Virus record (IMG/VR): IMGVR_UViG_3300029861_000002
Direction: 5' to 3' (one strand)
Source of the DNA: a virus
Taxonomy: Duplodnaviria; Heunggongvirae; Uroviricota; Caudoviricetes
DNA length: 12,349 nucleotides
Shown: one piece after another, positions 1 through 6,376 of the stretch
Layout: each line of letters starts with the position of its first letter
Numbering within the stretch: position 1 is the stretch's first letter
Translations under genes and position numbers: made by a program
Notes under the pieces: generated by a model
Told to the model about the DNA's origin: nothing
The model's database searches: none
The model's input: only the letters and a program-made list of their open reading frames with translations

Positions 1-110
1 GAAAACCATGTCATAGTATTGTTGGAATACCATGAAATAAATCTTTCAATTAAAATCATAGTATTGTCAGAATACTATGAAATTCATGGTATTCTCAGAA
101 ATACATGAAA
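1..110. repeat. Array of ~25-bp palindromic units (TCATRGTATT-N5-AATACYATGA)
   Basis: Units at 11-35, 56-80 (perfect arms TCATAGTATT/AATACTATGA) and 84-108 (degenerate). Bases 1-10 resemble the right arm of a further unit cut by the window edge. Confidence 0.85.
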
Positions 111-111
111 A

Positions 112-501
112 TTAAAACGAAAATTTTTCTCCGTTAGGAGCGACATAATTATATTTATCCTCGTCAATAATTTTAGGAACTTCGTAAAAATCGTAATACC
201 CCTTCTTCTCAAGAGGAATCAAATACCCTTTTTCTACCAATCCTTCTATTGCATTTGTATATTTAGCTTTCTTTATACCCAACTCCCTCTCGATAATAGT
301 AGGGCCAAAATCATAATCTGTCAACTTCTCTGACTGACTAGCAAAAAATATCCATAAAGAAAACTCACCATCACTAAGCTCTCTTCTTGCCGAAAATAAA
401 GCATCCTTATTAATTCTAGCATATATATTATTAGTGTTACAAGGCTCTTTATGAATATGACTTACTGTTCGCTAATTAGGACTTCTTCTTTTGTCTGCCA
501 T
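112..501 (-). CDS. Winged-helix/HTH DNA-binding protein, 129 aa, needs one TAG readthrough; possible replication-initiator-like protein
   Basis: ATG at 501-499 with GGAGG (511-515). Frame is open to TAA at 112 apart from TAG at 474-472 (codon 10): MADKRRSPN*RTVSHIHKEPC...ELGIKKAKYTNAIEGLVEKGYL. The last segment has a wHTH pattern. Extends track ORF 112..324. Confidence 0.75.
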
Positions 502-694
502 GGCAATCATCCTCCAATAGCGAACTTTGTCCTTTATATTTCTCAATCGCCTCTCTTAATTCCTAAGTATCTTTAAAAAGATAAACATTTAACCAAGGTT
601 TCTAAGCATTTGGTGCTGTTCCAACAACCTTAAATCCCAACTCACATAGCTTTCTAGCTAACTTCAAAGTAAAAACCTTATAATTATTAGTCAT
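476..694 (-). CDS. Small phage protein, DUF5659-like, 72 aa, two TAG readthroughs
   Basis: ATG 694-692 with AGGAG (706-710). MTNNYKVFTLKLARKLCELGFKVVGTAPNA*KPWLNVYLFKDT*ELREAIEKY...; TAG at 604-602 and 565-563; TAA at 476. Family recognised from memory of the LxxxGF...PN...VYxFxxTxEL pattern. Confidence 0.7.
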
Positions 695-710
695 TTTGTT
701 TTCGTCTCCT

Positions 711-851
711 TTAGTCGTTTGAATGGTTTTCTATATATTCTTTTATAGCCCATCTAATAAGCTAAGAAATTTTAATATCTCGCTCTTCGCAATATTTTAA
801 GAGCTCTTTTTTCTCTTCTTCAGAAATTCTTGTTGCTATTTGCAATGCCAT
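711..851 (-). CDS. Ribbon-helix-helix (CopG/Arc-like) regulator, 46 aa, one TAG readthrough
   Basis: ATG 851-849 with GAGGTGA RBS. MALQIATRISEEEKKELLKYCEERDIKIS*LIRWAIKEYIENHSND. TAG at 764-762 falls in the RHH S-[EQ]-x-I-R helix-B motif. Confidence 0.8.
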
Positions 852-881
852 AATTATCACCTCTTACTATTCTTTACTTTT

Positions 882-910
882 ATTATAACATAATTAATCG
901 CGGTTGTCCA
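882..910 (-). promoter_or_regulatory. sigma70/SigA promoter for the RHH operon
   Basis: Minus strand TGGACA-17 nt-TATAAT with TGn extended -10. Confidence 0.75.
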
Positions 911-960
911 ACTTTTTTTAATAAAGTTTAATAAAAATAAAAATATATAACTAAATCATT

Positions 961-1041
961 AGAAATTTTAGGACAACTCACTAGAAAAATTTGGACAGTT
1001 TAATAGAAATTTTTGGACAAACATCAGAAAATTTTGGACAA
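961..1041 (+). repeat. Four iteron-like 16-bp direct repeats (AGAAAWWTTWGGACAR)
   Basis: Copies start at 961, 983, 1005 and 1026 (spacing 22, 22, 21). They follow a tract at 913-960 with only 3 G/C in 48 nt. An inverted core copy lies at 904-919. Confidence 0.85.
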
Positions 1042-1065
1042 AAATGCCTGCGTGACCATTTTATT

Positions 1066-1087
1066 AAAATTGCCGATTGGCAATTTT
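1066..1087. repeat. 9-bp inverted repeat (operator or hairpin)
   Basis: AAAATTGCC-GATT-GGCAATTTT. Confidence 0.55.
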
Positions 1088-1152
1088 CTTGCCTAAAATT
1101 TTCCCGCATCCGTAAGAAATTATGACGATTCATTATAACCCATAAGATATAC

Positions 1153-1181
1153 TTGCGTATCTTAATAAAATATGTTATTAT
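1153..1181 (+). promoter_or_regulatory. sigma70-type promoter
   Basis: TTGCGT-17-TATTAT with TGn, followed by AAGAAAGGAA RBS. Confidence 0.6.
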
Positions 1182-1213
1182 ATTTATATATAAGTAAGAA
1201 AGGAATTTTACTC

Positions 1214-1717
1214 ATGTTAATTATTGGATTCTTTATATTGCTTCTAGCTACGTCTCTCATAGTATTATATAAGGATTGTGACTTCTTTGCAGAATATCTA
1301 TTTACCACTATCCTTGGAACTGTACTTTCAGCATTCATGACTTTTTTATTTGCAGTCGCAATTTGTGGTGTTCTTATTTTTGTTAAACCTGCGACTTATT
1401 CCGCAGAAACCTCTCAAACATATTCTATTACTGCTTTAAGCGATAACTTTAGTTCTTATGTAGGTTGCTATTATAAAGAGGATGGGCTTTATTATTCATT
1501 CTTGTATCAAACAGATAAAGGTATAACTGCTAAATCTATTGAAGCAGATCAATCTTATATTAAAAACACAGATAGCACTCCACAAGTGAAAGAAAACAAA
1601 ATTCGTTTCAAAAACCCAATCTTGAATTTTCTACTTGGACCTTGGTCTACTGAATATACCATCTACATCCCAGAAGATTCATTTATCCAAGAGAATTATA
1701 TAATTGATCTTGAGTAA
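1214..1717 (+). CDS. Membrane protein (two N-terminal hydrophobic segments plus soluble domain), function unknown
   Basis: ATG 1214 follows AAGGAA. The track start at 1172 lies inside the promoter. Ends TAA. Confidence 0.8.
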   Translation: MLIIGFFILLLATSLIVLYKDCDFFAEYLFTTILGTVLSAFMTFLFAVAICGVLIFVKPATYSAETSQTYSITALSDNFSSYVGCYYKEDGLYYSFLYQTDKGITAKSIEADQSYIKNTDSTPQVKENKIRFKNPILNFLLGPWSTEYTIYIPEDSFIQENYIIDLE

Positions 1718-1752
1718 ATAAAGACGCTCTTAAAGAGCGTCTTTATTTTTTT
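1716..1752 (+). terminator. Intrinsic terminator
   Basis: AAATAAAGACGCTCT-TAA-AGAGCGTCTTTATTT followed by a T-run. Confidence 0.85.
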
Positions 1753-1793
1753 ATAAAAATATTATATAATATATATAGAAAGTAAGAAAGGAA
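1742..1793 (+). promoter_or_regulatory. Cassette promoter plus RBS
   Basis: TTTATT-17-TATAAT (1765-1770), then ATATATAGAAAG and AAGAAAGGAAG. Confidence 0.65.
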
Positions 1794-1801
1794 GTAAAGT
1801 C

Positions 1802-2239
1802 ATGGAAATTAATAAGTTGATTGAAGCAAAAGGGTACAAGAACTCTACCGTAAGGATTTGTGAGTTCCTTGGTTTCTCTGATACCGATCAACTCAAGAAG
1901 GCTAAATTCTTTGCTATCCAAGAAACCTATAGTCCTATTCCAATTCCTGGAATTAGTATTAATAATGGAGACCCGACTTGGCGGCTATGTGAAGTAAATA
2001 ATGATGTGAATAAACTTTACTCTGTTGATGAAGGATATAAGATTTGTCTTAAAGTTTGCAACGAGTACGGAGGCAATACTTATTATCAAAGTGACTTTCT
2101 TTCTCTACTAAAGAGTGGACATATTATCTACTGCCCCGATGAAAGTAAATATGAAATTAAGCATATTATTTGCGCAGAAAAAATTTCTAATGGAGCAATT
2201 TTGATCCATGAATTTGATTCTGTAGAGGAAAAGGAGTAA
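1802..2239 (+). CDS. Hypothetical phage protein, 145 aa
   Basis: Open frame, RBS AAGGAAG, TAA stop. Confidence 0.8.
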   Translation: MEINKLIEAKGYKNSTVRICEFLGFSDTDQLKKAKFFAIQETYSPIPIPGISINNGDPTWRLCEVNNDVNKLYSVDEGYKICLKVCNEYGGNTYYQSDFLSLLKSGHIIYCPDESKYEIKHIICAEKISNGAILIHEFDSVEEKE

Positions 2240-2243
2240 AGTC

Positions 2244-2429
2244 ATGTCATTCCTCATTTATACGGGTTCTTTTGAATTAGCAGCAAGAGAGCTTGCCAAA
2301 ACCCCGGAGGCACAAGATGACTTTAACCTACAAGCTAAGATCTGCCGCAAATATGGAATTTTCCTAGAAAATATAACTGATGATGAAGTTGAAATGTTGT
2401 CCCGCATGGTTGAAGAATTTGCTAATTAA
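2244..2429 (+). CDS. Hypothetical acidic protein, 61 aa
   Basis: AAGGAG RBS, TAA stop. Confidence 0.75.
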   Translation: MSFLIYTGSFELAARELAKTPEAQDDFNLQAKICRKYGIFLENITDDEVEMLSRMVEEFAN

Positions 2430-2445
2430 GAAAGGAAGAGATAAC

Positions 2446-2991
2446 ATGATTGGTGAAACTATTACTGTAAATGGAGTAAAGTGTCTAGTTCTTGATGAAA
2501 TTAATGGTAATCCCTTCGTGATCGCCCTTGAGGTAGAAATTTATTCTGTTTTTGGAGACTCCAATAACTATAAAGAAAGTGGTTTGCGGAAGACCATTGA
2601 ATCTTGGTTTAAAAATACTGGCATCAAGGCTATCGCCCGTGATGTCGACCTCACCGCAATGAATGGATATAAAGGGTACGGCACACTAAATACTACTGTC
2701 GCGCCCCTTACTTTCGATGAATACCGAAAGTACAATCATATTCTGACTCCTCATATCAAGAATTCGTTCTGGTTGGTTACCCCTTGGGGAAGTCCCGAAA
2801 AGGATAATTGGGCCTCGACCGACGTTTGCTTTGTCGGCGACGGTGGGTCTGCGAACCTCGACGGCTACGGCTACAGCTACGGGCTCGCGCCGGCTTTCAT
2901 CCTCGACAAAAACCAGTATTTTAACAAGTCTCTTAGTGATTTCACCAATGAGGAATTGATTGCCGAGCTTAACAAGAGATTGAAGGTGTAA
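2446..2991 (+). CDS. DUF6273-like / C-type-lectin-fold protein, putative DGR target, 181 aa
   Basis: ATG 2446 after AAAGGAAG (track start 2380 overlaps the previous gene). Motifs NNYKES.LR, LTFDEYRKY and FWLVTP...VCFV...G.......YGLAPAFIL match the WWLxTP...V...G...GVRPA pattern of DUF6273/CLec variable proteins. Confidence 0.75.
   Translation: MIGETITVNGVKCLVLDEINGNPFVIALEVEIYSVFGDSNNYKESGLRKTIESWFKNTGIKAIARDVDLTAMNGYKGYGTLNTTVAPLTFDEYRKYNHILTPHIKNSFWLVTPWGSPEKDNWASTDVCFVGDGGSANLDGYGYSYGLAPAFILDKNQYFNKSLSDFTNEELIAELNKRLKV
2812..2904 (+). other. Putative DGR variable region (VR)
   Basis: 61/93 G+C in an AT-rich gene. Nine consecutive NNC codons at 2854-2880 (aac ctc gac ggc tac ggc tac agc tac), then GC-rich GGGCTCGCGCCGGC. 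Confidence 0.65.
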
Positions 2992-2993
2992 TT

Positions 2994-3869
2994 ATGTATC
3001 TTCTCCCCTCTGCTCTTATTGACTCTATCTTAAATAAATATACTGAAAGAGTTAATTCTAAGTCTGGATATTATAAAATTCCATATGAATCGTGGAGACT
3101 TCTAAAGAAACTTGCTTCTTCAGATTTAATTTTTGAAGTTGAAACTAAGCTCAAAAACGGAGAAATCCACCTATGTTTGACTAGCGATTCCCTCCACTAC
3201 GAGATCCCTGTTACCTACGGTTTTGTAAATGTTATGAAAGAAAGGTTGATTAAGATGACTGATACCAATTCCACTTATCCCATGCCTGCGAAGAAGAAAA
3301 CTGCGCTTAATATGAATTTTGATTTCGGCCCCATCAATGAAGGCGTGGCTATTTCTCCTTACGGCCTTGCTGTCCTCACCGCAGATTACCGTTGGCTGAC
3401 CTACAATCCCGCAACCGCGCAGACTGTTGAAGTAACTGGCTTTACTTTTGATTTTAAGGGCATGATTTACAAGATTCCTGCCACCATTAAAGACGTTTCC
3501 GTGGGCGATCTGATTATCCATCAGAAGAAGCCTATGTACGTAACTGAAATTACTGATTCTAATATCGGAGTTGTAGATATTATCAATTCTGAGGTAAAGA
3601 CCGTCATCCCAATTACCAATATGTTCGGCTTTAATTTCATCACCAAGATCGTATCTTTCCTCAATTTTGGTTCTTCTGCTCCCACCGAGGAGCAGCCCTT
3701 TGGTAATATTATGCCTATTATCATGGCTAGCATGGTATTCAATGAGGATGAAGATTCTACCTTCGGCAACATGGATATGAGCAAGCTGATGATGATTTCT
3801 ATGCTGTCCGGCAACTCCAATCCCTTTGGCAATATGTTCAATTTCAACCTCAACACTCAGAATAAGTAA
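2994..3869 (+). CDS. Hypothetical phage protein, 291 aa, Met/Asn/Phe-rich C-terminus
   Basis: Long open frame directly after the previous stop, TAA stop, followed by a terminator. Confidence 0.8.
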   Translation: MYLLPSALIDSILNKYTERVNSKSGYYKIPYESWRLLKKLASSDLIFEVETKLKNGEIHLCLTSDSLHYEIPVTYGFVNVMKERLIKMTDTNSTYPMPAKKKTALNMNFDFGPINEGVAISPYGLAVLTADYRWLTYNPATAQTVEVTGFTFDFKGMIYKIPATIKDVSVGDLIIHQKKPMYVTEITDSNIGVVDIINSEVKTVIPITNMFGFNFITKIVSFLNFGSSAPTEEQPFGNIMPIIMASMVFNEDEDSTFGNMDMSKLMMISMLSGNSNPFGNMFNFNLNTQNK

Positions 3870-3872
3870 TTT

Positions 3873-3909
3873 AAAGAGGGTGGCAGAAAGCCATCCTCTT
3901 TCTTCTTTT
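3873..3909 (+). terminator. Intrinsic terminator
   Basis: AAAGAGGGTGGC-AGAAA-GCCATCCTCTTT plus T-rich tail. Confidence 0.85.
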
Positions 3910-3936
3910 GATTTTTTATATATTTTATAATATAAT
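3908..3936 (+). promoter_or_regulatory. sigma70-type promoter
   Basis: TTGATT-17-TATAAT. Confidence 0.75.
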
Positions 3937-3970
3937 ATACATAAAGAATAAGAAAGGAAGAGGATTGCCA

Positions 3971-4198
3971 ATGACTGCTATTATTACTTGTTCTATCGAG
4001 GATGCAACTTTCGAGAGCCATTTTGCTATTGATAAGGGAACTCCTGAGTATATGATCGCGGATGAGGCATATCGACTTGCTATTCTATTCGCACAAACTC
4101 AGTTCATCGCAAGATTTGGTCGTCTTATTTCTGGATACGACTTTGGAGAATTTCTCAAAAAGCTTGATTATGATTATAAAATCAAGGAGGAAGAGTAA
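3971..4198 (+). CDS. Hypothetical protein, 75 aa
   Basis: ATG 3971 after GGAAGAGGA. The track start at 3908 is the -35 box. Confidence 0.75.
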   Translation: MTAIITCSIEDATFESHFAIDKGTPEYMIADEAYRLAILFAQTQFIARFGRLISGYDFGEFLKKLDYDYKIKEEE

Positions 4199-4446
4199 TG
4201 AAAGATATTTTTGTAGTCTATTCTTGGCCGGAGTATGAAGATACGCCTGAATATAAGTGCGCAGTTTCGTCAGAATCAGATGCACAAGAAATGGTTCTTT
4301 CCTTCTGGGAGAGTGCTGCATACGACTCTTATCTCTTTTGTTTAGGGATGGGGTATGTCTATTGCATGAATGACTTTGACGATGATATTTATATAGATGA
4401 TTTCGGCTACTTTAAAACTTCATTAATTGACAAAGAGCTTCCTTAA
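4198..4446 (+). CDS. Hypothetical acidic protein, 82 aa
   Basis: TAATG stop/start overlap with AGGAGG RBS. Confidence 0.75.
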   Translation: MKDIFVVYSWPEYEDTPEYKCAVSSESDAQEMVLSFWESAAYDSYLFCLGMGYVYCMNDFDDDIYIDDFGYFKTSLIDKELP

Positions 4447-4464
4447 GGAAGCTCTTTGTCTTTT
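4429..4464 (+). terminator. Intrinsic terminator (perfect 32-bp palindrome)
   Basis: GACAAAGAGCTTCCTTAAGGAAGCTCTTTGTC followed by TTTT. Confidence 0.8.
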
Positions 4465-4491
4465 GCAAAAATTAAAAAATAATGATATAAT
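4463..4491 (+). promoter_or_regulatory. sigma70-type promoter
   Basis: TTGCAA-17-TATAAT with TGn, then AATTATAGAAAG. Confidence 0.8.
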
Positions 4492-4523
4492 AATTATAGA
4501 AAGTGGTTAAGGAGGTTTAAATT

Positions 4524-5006
4524 ATGCCTGTTGCTCCTAGTTTTCAATCCTATAAGCGTATCAGTGAAGAGCCTTTCATTAAAAATGGTAAGTATTATGT
4601 GACTGTAGAACACCCCAATACCAAAAATCATCGAGATGTTCGTTGGTATTCTGAAGCTGAATTCGCCAAAGCATATGGTAAGAAAATCGTAGATATTGAT
4701 AAAGGATATGACGGATTGAAGCACGCAAGAGGCTTTGATAATGGCCCTATCCTTGTAATTCGTGGCAACAAAGCCGCAGATGAAGATTGGCTGCGGGAAT
4801 CCGTAGCTCGATATGCCGTAGGGATTGGTTGGTATATCGCTTCGACTGATACTTTCCCTGATGATGCACCTAATCATCTGAAGTATCTCTTGCTCGGATG
4901 GGACGAATTCCGCGATGGAGATGACCGTCATATGAAGAAGCCTGCGGATTTGTCTACCCTATTGGATAAAAAAGCAAGAGCGAAAGAGTGGGTGAAAATG
5001 AAATGA
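4524..5006 (+). CDS. Hypothetical phage protein, 160 aa
   Basis: TAAGGAGGT RBS, TGA stop. Confidence 0.85.
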   Translation: MPVAPSFQSYKRISEEPFIKNGKYYVTVEHPNTKNHRDVRWYSEAEFAKAYGKKIVDIDKGYDGLKHARGFDNGPILVIRGNKAADEDWLRESVARYAVGIGWYIASTDTFPDDAPNHLKYLLLGWDEFRDGDDRHMKKPADLSTLLDKKARAKEWVKMK

Positions 5007-5164
5007 GTATCCTATTGATTGTTCTTTACGCTCTTATGTCTGCATCGTTCTTCGTTTTGGCTGCTTTAGCCGACGGAAAGACTGTTAAAGTATTAAACAG
5101 TGTCACAGCAGTTTGTTGGTTGGTCAACTGTATTCTTACTATAATCAGAGAATTGGCAATCTAA
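5003..5164 (+). CDS. Small two-helix membrane protein, 53 aa (not in ORF track)
   Basis: ATGA overlap with the previous stop. MSILLIVLYALMSASFFVLAALADGKTVKVLNSVTAVCWLVNCILTIIRELAI, TAA stop. Confidence 0.7.
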   Translation: MSILLIVLYALMSASFFVLAALADGKTVKVLNSVTAVCWLVNCILTIIRELAI

Positions 5165-5190
5165 TTACCACATCAGTTCAAGAAATCGGT

Positions 5191-5219
5191 TTGCAAAAAA
5201 CAAAAAAATAAGTTATAAT
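5191..5219 (+). promoter_or_regulatory. sigma70-type promoter
   Basis: TTGCAA-17-TATAAT, then AATTATAGAAAG. Confidence 0.8.
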
Positions 5220-5252
5220 AATTATAGAAAGTGAGAAAGGAGATTTCTTGTA

Positions 5253-5561
5253 GTGAGCGTTGATTATCGCACCGAAATAGTCTACGGAGTTCTTCTTGAT
5301 AAGAATGAAATTAACATTCTTAATCAAAAGGATGATGAATTTCGGGATACAAATTGTAATTTTATTCACATAGCCGACTGTTATACTGATGCTAGCGATA
5401 TTGTCATCGGTGTTGAAATAGGCGGCGCTATTGAGGAAGGTACAGCTAGAAAGATTGCGCTTCCTGAAATCATTCCCGAAATGGATAAAGTGGAAAATAT
5501 TCTCCGTGAACTCGGCGTTACACGAGAATTTGCATGGTATGCAATTCATTGTGTCTCATAG
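5253..5561 (+). CDS. Hypothetical protein, 102 aa (ends at TAG; would extend to TGA 5579 under code 15)
   Basis: GTG start after AAAGGAG; TAG at 5559-5561. Confidence 0.75.
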   Translation: MSVDYRTEIVYGVLLDKNEINILNQKDDEFRDTNCNFIHIADCYTDASDIVIGVEIGGAIEEGTARKIALPEIIPEMDKVENILRELGVTREFAWYAIHCVS

Positions 5562-5575
5562 TCCAAGAAATTTTC

Positions 5576-5604
5576 TTGACTCTACTCAAAAAATATCATA
5601 TAAT
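5576..5604 (+). promoter_or_regulatory. sigma70-type promoter
   Basis: TTGACT-17-TATAAT. The -35 is overlapped by the inverted repeat CAAGAAA-T-TTTCTTG. Confidence 0.8.
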
Positions 5605-5641
5605 ATAAATACAATAAAACAAGAGAGGAATTGATTAATTT

Positions 5642-6082
5642 ATGTCTAACACTGTAAAGAAGCCCACTAAGAAAGCCAATTATAATGCTATTTTGAGCAT
5701 TCTGTCCGCCGCTGAAGGCGAGGGTCTCGTTCTCGAGTCCACAGAGATTACCTATGATAGTCTGCGCGAGTTCATTGAGCATGAGGTTGAGCTCCTTGAT
5801 AATAAGGCCGCTGCTGCCGCTAAGAGAGCTGCTGCTAAGAAGGTCGAGGGAGATGCTCTTCGCGAGAAGATTTATGATGTCCTTACCGATGAGCCTATGA
5901 CCATTAGTGACATTGTAAAGGCTCTGAACGACGAGGACATTTCTGCTCAGATGGTAACTGCACGTCTGACTCAGCTCGCTTCTCCTGAGGTTAACCGTGT
6001 TGTGAAGGAGACTGTGAGTGTTCCTGCCTCTAGCGAGGGTGGAAAGAGCAAGAAGCTTTCTGCTTACCGCAGAATTGGCTAA
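5642..6082 (+). CDS. Putative DNA-binding protein (coiled coil plus C-terminal winged helix), 146 aa
   Basis: IYDVLTDEPMTISDIVKAL...SAQMVTARLTQL...VVK...Y wHTH pattern. Strongly biased codon usage (AAG, GAG, GCT) suggests high expression. Confidence 0.75.
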   Translation: MSNTVKKPTKKANYNAILSILSAAEGEGLVLESTEITYDSLREFIEHEVELLDNKAAAAAKRAAAKKVEGDALREKIYDVLTDEPMTISDIVKALNDEDISAQMVTARLTQLASPEVNRVVKETVSVPASSEGGKSKKLSAYRRIG

Positions 6083-6237
6083 TTAAAACCTTTAGAAAGG
6101 TAGCTACGAAGAGTAGCTACCTTTCTTTTTATCCACATTTTAGTACAAATTGCAAAGCCAGAGGGCCCTCCTGGGAAATTCATAATGTGACATACCGCAC
6201 ATAATATAATAACAATAGCAATAATAATCAGAAACAT
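6079..6237 (-). CDS. Small hydrophobic peptide, 52 aa (57 aa to TAA 6064 if TAG is read through)
   Basis: ATG 6237-6235 with AAAGGAG RBS and its own consensus promoter. MFLIIIAIVIILCAVCHIMNFPGGPSGFAICTKMWIKRKVATLRSYLSKGFN. Confidence 0.6.
   Translation of the reverse strand: MFLIIIAIVIILCAVCHIMNFPGGPSGFAICTKMWIKRKVATLRSYLSKGFN
6094..6130 (+). terminator. Intrinsic terminator
   Basis: AGAAAGGTAGCTAC-GAAGA-GTAGCTACCTTTCT followed by TTTT. Confidence 0.9.
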
Positions 6238-6270
6238 AGGTCAAACTCCTTTAACTTTTATTATATATTT

Positions 6271-6299
6271 ATTATAACAAAGCAAAAGCACAATGTCAA
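6271..6299 (-). promoter_or_regulatory. Perfect-consensus sigma70 promoter
   Basis: Minus strand TTGACA-17-TATAAT with TGn. Confidence 0.85.
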
Positions 6300-6320
6300 T
6301 TTGGCATTTTCTTCTCAAGA

Positions 6321-6349
6321 TTGACGGGTTATTTATTATATGCTATAAT
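6321..6349 (+). promoter_or_regulatory. sigma70-type promoter
   Basis: TTGACG-17-TATAAT with TGn. Confidence 0.85.
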
Positions 6350-6376
6350 AAATATATAATAAAGGAGGGTTGTTCA

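Noticed and set aside
1..110. CRISPR array
   Set aside because: Gaps between units are 20 and about 3 nt and the units are degenerate. There are no spacer-sized unique segments and no cas genes.
5559..5580. Additional iteron copy on the minus strand (AGAAAATTTCTTGGAC)
   Set aside because: It needs a 2-nt insertion relative to the consensus and is equally explained by a local inverted repeat over the -35 box. Too weak to claim.
3171..5782. Track ORFs 3171..3971, 3521..3856, 4085..4321, 4494..4931, 5178..5549, 5582..5782 (minus) and 5431..5634 (plus)
   Set aside because: Shadow frames overlapping better-supported plus-strand genes, promoters and terminators, with no convincing RBS.
1172..6376. 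Track start codons 1172, 2380, 3908 and 6293
   Set aside because: They fall inside promoters or upstream genes. Downstream ATGs at 1214, 2446, 3971 and 6377 have proper RBSs.
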